The notes beneath the pieces are model-generated. The model did no database searches. It had not been told where the DNA came from and worked only from the letters and a program-made list of their open reading frames with translations. Source: Ylistrum balloti (taxonomy: Eukaryota). From it: a stretch of 64,000 bases of DNA. This document shows positions 1 to 11,299 of the stretch, piece by piece (the stretch's first letter is position 1; the number at the start of each line of letters is the position of its first letter). The DNA is taken from the NCBI RefSeq assembly GCF_031769215.1, contig NW_026782173.1, positions 2,604,001-2,668,000 of the forward strand. Direction: 5' to 3'. Both the position numbers and the translations under genes were made by a program.

Positions 1-3000
1 TCCTAGTTATCTACTATAACGATACAGACATTGACCAGTAGGGTCCTAGTTATCTACTATAACGATACAGACGTCGACCAGTAGGGTCCTAGTTATCTAT
101 TCTCTTGATACAGACATCGACCAGTAGGGTCCTAGTTATCTACTCTCTTGATACAGACATCGACCAGTAGGGTCCTAGTTATCTACTATAAAGATACAGA
201 CATCGACCAGTAGGGTCCTAGTTATCTACTCTCTTGATACAGACATCGACCAGTAGGGTCCTAGTTATCTACTATAACGATACAGACGTCGACCAGTAGG
301 GTCCTAGTTATCTACTCTCCTGATACAGACATCGACCAGTAGGGTCCTAGTTATCTACTATAACGATACAGACATCGACCAGTAGGGTCCTAGTTATCTA
401 CTATAACGATACAGACATCGACCAGTAGGGTCCTAGTTATCTACTATAACGATACAGACATCGACCAGTAGGGTCCTAGTTATCTACTCTCTTGATACAG
501 ACATCGACCAGTAGGGTCCTAGTTATCTACTATAACGATACAGACATCGACCAGTAGGGTCCTAGTTATCTACTCTCTTGATACAGACATCGACCAGTAG
601 GGTCCTAGTTATCTACTCTCTTGATACAGACATCGACCAGTAGGGTCCTAGTTATCTATTCTCTTGATACAGACATCGACCAGTAGGGTCCTAGTTATCT
701 ACTCTCTTGATACAGACATCGACCAGTAGGGTCCTAGTTATCTACTCTCTTGATACAGACATCGACCAGTAGGGTCCTAGTTATCTACTCTCTTGATACA
801 GACATCGACCAGTAGGGTCCTAGTTATCTACTCTCTTGATACAGACATCGACCAGTAGGGTCCTAGTTATCTACTCTCTTGATACAGACATCGACCAGTA
901 GGGTCCTAGTTATCTACTATAACGATACAGACATCGACCAGTAGGGTCCTAGTTATCTGCTCTCTTGATACAGACATTGACCAGTAAGGTCCTAGTTATC
1001 TATCCTCTTGATACAGACATCGACCAGTAGGGTCCTAGTTATCTACTCTCTTGATACAGACATCGACCATCGATACAGACATAGGGTCCTAGTTATCTAC
1101 TATCTTGATACAGACATCGACCAGTAGGGTCCTAGTTATCTACTATAACGATACAGACATCGACCAGTAGGGTCCTAGTTATCTACTCTCTTGATACAGA
1201 CATCGACCAGTAGGGTCCTAGTTATCTACTCTCACGATACAGACATCGACCAGTAGGGTCCTAGTTATCTACTCTCTTGATACAGACATCGACCAGTAGG
1301 GTCCTAGTTATCTACTCTCTTGATACAGACATCGACCAGTAGGGTCCTAGTTATCTACTATAACGATACAGACATCGACCAGTAGGGTCCTAGTTATCTA
1401 CTCTCTTGATACAGACATCGACCAGTAGGGTCCTAGTTATCTACTATAACGATACAGACATCGACCAGTAGGGTCCTAGTTATCTACTCTCTTGATACAG
1501 ACATCGACCAGTAGGGTCCTAGTTATCTACTATCTTGATACAGACATCGACCAGTAGGGTCCTAGTTATCTACTCTCTTGATACAGACATCGACCAGTAG
1601 GGTCCTAGTTATCTACTATAACGATACAGACATCGACCAGTAGGGTCCTAGTTATCTACTATAACGATACAGACATCGACCAGTAGGGTCCTAGTTATCT
1701 ACTATAACGATACAGACATCGACCAGTAGGGTCCTAGTTATCTACTCTCTTGATACAGACATCGACCAGTAGGGTCCTAGTTAGGGATACAGACATCGAC
1801 CAGTAGGGTCCTAGTTATCTACTTTAACGATACAGACATCGACCAGTAGGGTCCTAGTTATCTATTCTCTTGATACAGACATCGACCAGTAGGGTCCTAG
1901 TTATCTACTCTCTTGATACAGACATCGACCAGTAGGGTCCTAGTTATACTCTCAGACATCGACCAGTAGGGTCCTAGGATACAGACATCGACCAGTAGGG
2001 TCCTAGTTATCTACTCTCTTGATACAGACATCGACCAGTAGGGTCCTAGTTATCTACTCTCTTCATACAGACATCGACCAGCAGGGTCCTAGTTATCTAC
2101 TGTAACGATACAGATATCGACCAGTAGGGTCCAAGTTATCTACTCTCTTGATACAGACGTCGACCAGTAGGGTCCTAGTTATCTACTCTCTTGATACAGA
2201 CATCGACCAGTAGGGTCTTAGTTATCTGCTATAACGATACAGACATCGACCTGTAGAGTCCTAGTTATCTACTATAACGATACAGACATTGACCAGTAGG
2301 GTCCTAGTTATCTACTATAACGATACAGACGTCGACCAGTAGGGTCCTAGTTATCTATTCTCTTGATACAGACATCGACCAGTAGGGTCCTAGTTATCTA
2401 CTATAACGATACAGACATCGACCAGTAGGGTCCTAGTTATCTATCCTCTTGATACAGACATCGACCAGTAGGGTCCTAGTTATCTACTCTCTTGATACAG
2501 ACATCGACCAGTAGGGTCCTAGTTATCTACTATAATGATACAGACATCGACCAGTAGGGTCCTAGTTATCTACTCTCTTGATACAGACATCGACCAGTAG
2601 GGTCCTAGTTATCTACTCTCTTGATACAGACATCGACCAGTAGGGTCCTAGTTATCTACTATAACGATACAGACATCGACCAGTAAGGTCCTAGTTATCT
2701 ATCCTCTTGATACAGACATCGACCAGTAGGATCCTAGTTATCTACTCTCTTGATACAGACATCGACCAGTAGGGTCCTAGTTATCTACTCTCTTGATACA
2801 GACATCGACCAGTAGGGTCCTAGTTATCTACTCTCTTGATACAGACATCGACCAGCAGGGTCCTAGTTATCTACTATAATGATACAGACATCGACCAGTA
2901 GGGTCCTAGTTATCTACTCTCTTGATACAGACATCGACCAGTAGGGTCCTAGTTATCTACTCTCTTGATACAGACATCGACCAGTAGGGTCCTAGTTATC

Positions 3001-3581
3001 TACTCTCTTGATACAGACATCGACCAGTAGGGTCCTAGTTATCTACTCTCTTGATACAGACATCGACCAGTAGGGTCCTAGTTATCTACTCTCTTGATAC
3101 AGACATCGACCAGTAGGGTCCTAGTTATCTACTCTCTTGATACAGACATCGACCAGTAGGGTCCTAGTTATCTACTCTCTTGATACAGACATCGACCAGT
3201 AGGGTCCTAGTTATCTACTATAACGATACAGACATCGACCAGTAGGGTCCTAGTTATCTACTCTCTTGATACAGACATCGACCAGTAGGGTCCTAGTTAT
3301 CTACTATAACGATACAGACATCGACCAGTAGGGTCCTAGTTATCTACTCTCTTGATACAGACATCGACCAGTAGGGTCCTAGTTATCTACTATAACGATA
3401 CAGACATCGACCAGTAGGGTCCTAGTTATCTACTCTCTTGATACAGACATCGACCAGTAGGGTCCTAGTTATCTACTATCTTGATACAGACATCGACCAG
3501 TAGGGTCCTAGTTATCTACTCTCTTGATACAGACATCGACCAGTAGGGTCCTAGTTATCTACTATAACGATACAGACATCG
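1..3581. repeat. 43-bp tandem minisatellite, ~83 copies, runs off the left edge of the window
   Basis: Unit GATACAGACATCGACCAGTAGGGTCCTAGTTATCTAC(TATAAC/TCTCTT); starts at 21 and 64 give a 43-bp period; no unique spacers; not a multiple of 3. Confidence 0.98.
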
Positions 3582-5671
3582 CCAGGTGTGCAGCCACATA
3601 GGGAGAGACTTATTGGGGTTCAGCTCACTATAATTGGACACTGTGCAGTATGTACATGTATGTAAGTAGAGTAAGCTTGTTTAAGGGAGTATGGTGAGCA
3701 ATGTGCAACAGGAAAATGTGTATAACATATTTGAGTATACAAGATGTAATAAAGTCTTACATTGAGTTTATACAGCTCGTCTTGATTACAACATTCCTAA
3801 CACGAAAGTAAAAAAAGTATCCTTACTTCTATGGAAAACTGGCGACCATCACAAGATTAAGCAATACCAGAATACTGACAATCATTTTGAGAATTTTTAA
3901 AAAGTCATGTGTCATGTGCAATTTTCCCTCATATAACTGTAATATATCTGGCAACGATACGGACGACTGATAACGGTTTGGGAATATATGAGTGTATGAA
4001 TAGTATCAGCACGAGATTTAACAAGTTCAGTGGTTATCTTTCAAATGGAGTAGAAGATAGCGTGTAATACAAAAGACTTCAGCGGGTTATATAATTGAAA
4101 TAAGATCGGGCAACGGGCATGTAGTTAAAACAATGAAAAATGAATTACTTAAAGGAGAAAACTTTATTTATATTTTTTATGAAAGCAGAAATGTTTTACA
4201 ACATCGTAACGTAAAAGAAAAGTGCAAGACTCATGACATGAATACATCTCTTGGAACCCTTTTGAAATAGAACAAATGGGTAGGTGATAGTATGTATTCA
4301 TCAAAACGTCGCGCGCACATTTTCTGACTGACAGAATTATATGAAAATCTACTTCAATGTCTATTTACCAAACTGAAGATCATGTTTGAAAATTGTATTT
4401 GTGATTAATTGGTCATTAGTTTCATTATCCAAATATGATTCCAATATTTCAAAATAATCTTGTCAGACATACTTCAACAGAAAGAAATGATGTTCAATAG
4501 TAATCAACACTAGTAGTTGTATACCATCAATCTGAACCACTATCCTAAGGCACACGGATTGTGCGTGCTGCTTCTCATCACGTGATTGAGAGATGTGACC
4601 ATAACTCTCTATTTTATATCTTTTATATTGTCGTTTTCTTTTATTCCCTTTTCTTCTTCATTTTTCTTCTTTAAATCTCTTTTACATTAAATCGAATGCA
4701 GAAAGAAGTTTAACTATCTCAATGCATTGTTAGTATATGAAAGGGAATGTCATTCCAATGTGCATGTCACATGATACATCAGTGAAATGCTTATTAAGTC
4801 AATGTTAGCAGTCAACAGCTTTCAGTGACCTCGATGTAGTAATTGGACGTAAATTCAATAAAACAAATGAAAAACGAGCAATGTTATCCAGTTCTCCACC
4901 TCATGAATTGTTAGACAATGCTGTAAACCCAAAATGACAGGAAAATGATGTAAAGAACAAAATCAACTGCTTGAAATAACATACGACAAGCTTAACGAAA
5001 CGGGTTAAAACAACACTGTTGTTTATCCAAGACAAATGAAAATACAAACTCATCCATGATTTACAAGTATTCTCAAAATCCATCAAATAATTGTCTAAAA
5101 GCCGGAGAGAAAAAAAATGAAAGACTGAACTTATTTATAGCAAATACAAATGATAGGAAAACACTTGATAAACAATAAAATCGCAAAATCAAAGAAAATA
5201 GGCTAAAGCTATGGCAAGCCAACTTATTATTTATTCAAGGAGCGATGCCAGTCTATATTTTTTCAGTTATATAAGAAAACTCATATAGTATGTAAGATAT
5301 ATGACAATGTGTTCTGATGGAAAACCTTAAAATTTTAGCTCCTCTTCATATGTGTAAACACGATGTCTTAAGTGTTAATGAATACGCTTTTGTTAAATAC
5401 AGATTCATTGGTATTTCATTTTTTTCATTCAGTTAGCACATTTACAATAGAGTGTGATGTAAATATGTTTGACATGGAATTGTAATTGTGTCTGAAACAA
5501 TAAATGCAAAAACGTATTAGTACTACCAAATTTTATTCTAATATAAAATACACACATATGATAGTATTGACAAGTCAATTGTAAAGTCTTCCTACTTTCA
5601 ACATTATGAGAGGAATTAGCTAGAAATATTCGGTTTGGAATTTGCTCATATCATCGCTTGTTTGAACTTAC

Positions 5672-5824
5672 GTAACAACTTCCGGTGAGGGGCGTAATAA
5701 TTGTTGATCGCATCTCATCGGATCGTAAAAGGAAAGTGTGTCTCCTTTCCAAACAGTCTTTTCCGGATCATCACCCATGATACTGACTCGCCTTCGTGCT
5801 TTAGCAAAATCCATTAGCATGACG
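5672..5824 (-). CDS. Candidate internal or first coding exon of an unidentified minus-strand gene (VMLMDFAKARRRVSIMGDDPEKTVWKGDTLSFYDPMRCDQQLLRPSPEVV)
   Basis: Minus strand: pyrimidine-rich acceptor tttgtgttcctgttag, 153 nt, donor GTTAC|gtaagt; only one frame open (phase 2-2). No partner coding exon found, no homology recognised. Confidence 0.4.
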
Positions 5825-6126
5825 CTAACAGGAACACAAATATGCATGGATACACAACGAACAGTGAAGGAAGGTGCGCCTACAAGCCCATGTAATTTTA
5901 ATGAAGTCACTTCATAAAATGATTCCATCAAGTAGACACCGTCCTTAAATGACCCAGTTTATCATTAGGACAGTTTAACCGTAAGATTCAACAAACCAAT
6001 CAACCAAATTACATGTACATATACCTACATCAAAACGAAACAAAGTAATTGTTTGATGATGAATATGAGACATTTGAAAATAATGTTGAATATTCTGTAC
6101 ATTTGCGATTGAAGTAAGATTTATTA

Positions 6127-6160
6127 AGAAAGAAAGAAAGAAGGAAAGAAAGAAAGAAAG
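6127..6160. repeat. (GAAA)n microsatellite
   Basis: agaaagaaagaaagaaggaaagaaagaaagaaag seen directly. Confidence 0.9.
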
Positions 6161-6339
6161 GTCCCTCAATGTGATTCATACAGTAAGATGTTAAATTGTA
6201 TGTTGGAACGATTGAGAAATCAATAAACCATGTACAGATTGATGTCAGGTCGTCATCATAGCCCTCATGTTGACAATATAAATACGATAAATCACAAAAA
6301 TTTCGAACACGGAAGGTCACGTAAGATGTGGTCTCCATG

Positions 6340-6520
6340 ACCTACTGTAGTCACATTTTGCCATGGCGTCGAAAGCCGTCTATCCGTAAAAAAATTGACA
6401 TCTATAACTTCTTAAAACTCTTAAACCATTCTTAACCAAATTTCGCAAAAACCTTACTGTGAATTATATTCGAAAAGGGTTTTACGGGCAGGGGCAAAAA
6501 GGGGTCATGTTGACAAATAT
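6340..6520 (+). mobile_element. Fragment of a molluscan non-autonomous (Helentron/HINE-like) repeat
   Basis: ggcgtc...gccgtctatccgtaaa...aacttcttaaaac...aaccaaattt...ggggcaaaaagggg resembles, from recall, bivalve HINE-type elements; termini not identified. Confidence 0.35.
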
Positions 6521-7435
6521 GTCAGTTTAGAAACATTTGTTACTACATTGTTTCTCTCAAATTCTAATCACTCTTTGCTAACTTGAAGTTTACAGGAATG
6601 ATTTATCATAATGAATTTAGATCTTTCCGATTTTGTTAGATAGAAGACAGAACAACACTTAGTCGATGTAAGCCAACTTTTATCAACGAGATCAAGTTAA
6701 GTTGAGACAATCTCCATCAAACCACGAGACAAAAACTCACAAGACGATAGCTGGTGCACTCAACGGTCTCTTTTGCTAAACCCAGGGACACTGTATCTGT
6801 CATTATTTATCGAACGAAAGTCGGAAAGTAAAATGCATTAGTTATTAGGCTTTTGCTAGATTTCAGTAAACCATCTATGCTATATGAACATTTTTTTCAA
6901 AATCTATGACAATTGGCTCGTTTTTATTGTGACAAGCAAGTGTCATTTTTGATATATTTATATAACTATGTTGCACACTACAGCATTTTAAATATGCGTC
7001 TTCCATCAATCTCGAGTAAGGCGATATGTTTTATAAGCCGTCTAAAATCGCGTACGATGCATTTTCTCTGCTGTGACATTGTTTATAGCAGTGTCTGAAG
7101 TACACGTCTGGTGCGAATTAGCTAGCATTTCAGGTAAGCCTTTCTCATAAAGAACGACTATGTTACACACAAACGTCACGACATTCTTAGATTTACTCCA
7201 AAAGTAAACGGTATCAATCTCCTAAGCGAACCATAATCTTAATGACATGTTTAGTCTTTTCTAAACCTGTACCTAGCCACAAAGATAGGAATGGCACTCA
7301 ATTGAATAACATGTTTTGCAAACAACTTTGATCTTTACTATGTAATTTCGAATTAATTACGAAACGTTTGCATACAAATGTTAGGATTTGATATCCTGAA
7401 CATTAAATATAATTACATACATTCTAACAGATGGC

Positions 7436-7625
7436 TGCAGGATTTATCGTAAACATCAGAAATAGAATTGTAGTTCTGCCTGTAAAATCTATCGTAAAAA
7501 TCAGAATAAAATTATAGTCCTGCCTGCAAAATGTATCGCAAAAATCTGGAATATAATTGTAGTTCTGCCTACAGATTTTATCGTGAAAATCAGAAATAAA
7601 ATTGTAGTTCTGCCTGCAGAAGTTA
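7436..7625. repeat. Degenerate ~46-bp tandem repeat, ~4 copies
   Basis: Recurring atttatcgtaaaaatcagaaataaaattgtagttctgcctgcag-like unit. Confidence 0.8.
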
Positions 7626-7734
7626 TTGTCAAATTCTGACACAAAGTTGTTATTTTTATTTTAAATTCCGACTATATTAAGGCCAAGGTCTCCAATATTG
7701 TTCTTAGAGTGGAAATCTCCACAGAAATTGAATA

Positions 7735-7950
7735 AAAAGGTAAACACTCGTAACTTTGGAAGAAACTAATTGACCATGACCGACTCAGAACTTGACCTGC
7801 ATATCAATCATTTAATGTTCAAACTACACACCATATAGCAGCTTCATATCTGTATCCGTTAAATAGTGAGTGAGCGGAAACAAATATTATTACGGAATTC
7901 CGGAACGGTGGGGGTGACGAAAAGAGGAAACACTATATGCCGCAACATAT
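7735..7950 (+). mobile_element. Fragment of a molluscan non-autonomous (HINE-like) repeat
   Basis: cagaacttgacctgcatat...gagcggaaac...cggaattccggaacgg...aaacactatatgcc pattern resembles common bivalve dispersed repeats (recall). Confidence 0.35.
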
Positions 7951-8032
7951 AAATGCATTCGAAACATTTTCGTCAGTGTTAAAAAAATCGTAGCCAAGTC
8001 GACTACATTATTACCATCTTCGGTATATTTTG

Positions 8033-8240
8033 TTCTATAATCAGTTTACCAGCAAGCCGCATTATTTTGACCTAAGTGTACATATGATTATGGTACAGCA
8101 AAAAACGTCGATCGGTTCCGTACCATCTCGCACACTACGTGCGTCAGTGCTAGTGCACTCAACACTGGTCATTTGTCTGATGAAGGTGAGCGCGTAGTCA
8201 TAGAAACGCCACACTCTCATCTTCTGGTTGTGTTATAAGA
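8033..8240 (+). mobile_element. Penelope-like element 3'/pseudo-LTR relic with degenerate minimal hammerhead ribozyme (core 8177-8210)
   Basis: CTGATGA-A-GGTGAG-cgcgta-GTCATA-GAAACGCC; aligns over ~200 bp with the minus-strand copy at 58360-58640, which retains GIY-YIG C-terminal coding. Confidence 0.6.
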
Positions 8241-8486
8241 ATTTATATTATGAAGCAATCCCCATCTTTTTAAGCTTTACATAAGATATACATACGTTTA
8301 CATATAGCTGACACTTAAATAAAGCTTTCTTTCGACAATTCATGTATTTGTTGTTTTATTAACAAAAAAACAGATTAACTTGTTTGTACTAGTTCATTTC
8401 TAGCATGCCAATCACGATGATATAAAACCAATCGAAAATTGTCTTAACAAACATAATCACTGTGTTCCTGTGACATCTACACCTAC

Positions 8487-8620
8487 CTTTCTGCACTCTC
8501 TGATCTTCTGTCACATGTTGCATTAGTACCCGGGATCGCTTGCTTTTGAAACAGAGTAATTAACTTCCTGTCCACGTAAATAGCGGTGTGTTCTTTAACA
8601 GCAATCCGGAAGTCGCATCG
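8487..8620 (-). promoter_or_regulatory. Possible promoter and 5' non-coding exon of the minus-strand gene containing 5672-5824
   Basis: ETS-like sites aacttcctgt and ccggaagt at ~8560-8615, followed on the minus strand by the donor AAAG|gtaggt at 8487. Confidence 0.2.
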
Positions 8621-10779
8621 GCACATTAGCTGGACACATGTAAGAAGCTGATAGTTGGAAATGTTGATTTATTATTGGTTATTATTTATAGACAAAATGA
8701 CACGTATGTCAAGTTACCTAGTGTGTAATAAATGGTTGAGAGTAGAACGCGTAAGCGACGTCTCATAACTTTTTGTGGCTTACTTCGATGAATACTACGA
8801 ATTAAGATACACACTGAATGTGAATGAATGTAATAAGCTTGGTCTCAGACTGTAACATTATCTGTTTTACGTGCATCCAAGAGCATGCAGTCGCCGCTTT
8901 GTCCGTCCGCTTTGTCCGTCCGTTGCGGTCCGTCAGTCATAATTTTTTACAGAGTATATTACAATCACTATAAGAGGTATCAGCATGGAAGTTCAGTGTA
9001 CAAGAACTATCACTCTCTTTTGCATAATATAGGAGTTATTGCCCTTAGTTTAGTTTTCATACTTAAAATTTTGTCAGGAGCATAAAACAAAAATGATAAG
9101 AGGTATCAACCTTGTGCGTTTATTCTGGGAACATTCACCGGTTCTACCGCTTCTCTTGTATTACATGTATGTAAATGTTTTTATCTATTCCATCATTCCG
9201 TGTGTTTCTATGGCATAAAGGTAGGTTGTTGGAATTGTACCTGGGATTTTACAACCGTGCCGTGTATTTCTACTTGAGTATCAGGATTATTAAGATGTAC
9301 AAATAATGTTACAATTGATAATCTGCCACCTAACAGATAAATCGTTTCTTTGACCAATTGTTTTCCTTTGTCACTTTTTAGACGGACCTTGTTTAAAGAG
9401 GAGTTTATCACTCAATTGACATATATAGTTGTATTGATATAACAACTCATTATAACATTAGACATTTGTAACCATATCTGCAGTCGATATATTGTTTGAT
9501 TTCATCTAATTATGACTAACTATTGACTATTAATGTTCTACATTAATTACATATTACCATTTATGTAAGCATGTATATGTGTACTGAATGTTTTATTTAT
9601 GTGTTTAATGCCAATTCTTTTGTACTCTTCATTTTGGAGAAGTAAAAGAGATTAATTGACAGAAAAAATGGCTTTGGAAGTTTAAATGTTAAAAGTTTGA
9701 TAGAATATGATTTTTGAGTTTCTTGTCCCTTCACAACAACAAAAAGTCTAGGCTTGTGAATGTTGCTATACATACAACCTTATTCAACCACTGAACTGTT
9801 TTCAGATTGCTTGTAGTGATAGTATAAAAACTGTCTGTGAGAAAGACCGATTGAATTTCTCATTCTGTTTTATAGATAACAAATAACGTATTGTATTTAC
9901 TTTTCAGGAATCATTTTCAATTATTGATATGTCTTTTTTTCTAGACGTAAAAATCATGTACACATGTATTCTCCTCTAGTATGGAAAGAACAGCTCAGAA
10001 ATCGGTAGACTGAGTAGACGTGAAAGATGTGGACGAACAGCACCATGAATACACTCCAGCAGCGTGCAAGTATCTTTGCTGCTGTTTGATTAAATTATAT
10101 AGAACTTATCCCTTGATACTGACAAACAGATAGTGCTTTTATGTCATACCAACAAAAATGAAACAGAAAAACATTTTTACAAGAAAATAAAAATGTTTGT
10201 CTATGAAATAAGTACGTTGTAACGATTATAAATAAAAATTAGAGTCAAAGCTGACATTATCTCAACATTTGGTGGAACCAGGCAATATATGGCGGGTATG
10301 TAATGGTTTTCCATTTGATATCTTATATATTTTATAAGTATGACAAATTTCACGAATGTATAGCACGGAAACAATCTATTTGTATTTTGTCAACAGACAT
10401 CCATTCAATTTTCTTTTTATCCTATACACATGACAATAAATTATGGACCATTAATCTCAGTATAGAAATTTATGTAAAACTAAACGTTGTCGTATTCCTT
10501 GTAGTGTCTCGCTTCGTCTATGGTGATGAATGGCACCAAGCACAACGATATCCCTGATTAAACTGGAGTACTCACTACTCTGAGAAAACAACAGTTTGCT
10601 TCGCCATCAAAAGCAGCAGTATTACTGGTAAATTAGACATGAGCTCATGCTGTATTTAAAAATGGAACATCGAAAATTGAAAAAATGCTGAAAAATGATA
10701 TGCTTCTGGAATGGTTCAAGGTGGTATGACATACTGGCCAGTAGCTGTATGTGTTAATGTCAGCCATTGTGTTATTCCT

Positions 10780-11240
10780 CAGTTAATACAACGCCTTTTC
10801 TGTCGTGTATAACTGCCATTTGTGGACGTATCCATCGTTATCCGTCGTGCATGACTGCCATTTTAGGACATATTTAGTGTATGTGTCTTGTAAGAACGCT
10901 TTTTCCTTTTGCGCGCGACCGCCCTTTTAAGACATATCCACCAGGATATAGGGGTAGCCCCCTTCGATGTGTGGTGCTCGATGGACACCTAACGTTTCCT
11001 TCTGTACACATCTGTAGCGTCTCTTGGTCCATGCCTCTACACCATTTAACATTCCTGGCCAGGAGAAACGATTCCAATATGCGACGTATCTTTGAAGAAT
11101 GCCATCTTTCATAACAAGATTGTCAAAAGACATAAGTATAACCTGTAACAGCAGACCTTAATCCTTCCTGCTTGGTTTCCTGTTTTCCCGTGCAGTTTTG
11201 ACAAAATGACAAATAACCTTGTCCTGTACCTGTAGGGAGT
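10780..11240 (-). repeat. Third, diverged copy of the CATACACGACAG-core repeat module (module A)
   Basis: ttttgcgcgcgaccgcccttttaagacatatccac (~10905-10940) matches ttgcgcgtgaccgcgctttgaggacatatccac (~25098-25130); the gacaagg-t(a/t)at start is shared with 14430 and ~25270. Confidence 0.7.
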
Positions 11241-11299
11241 TATAACTGCTTGTCAGGTTTTCACTGTAACAAGCGGCTTCCACAAATACATGATCCATT

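Noticed and set aside
1-3581. CRISPR-like array (constant repeat with a variable segment)
   Set aside because: The variable part is only 6 nt with two states, there are no unique spacers or cas genes, and the context is eukaryotic. The same applies to the 23-, 31- and 20-bp arrays.
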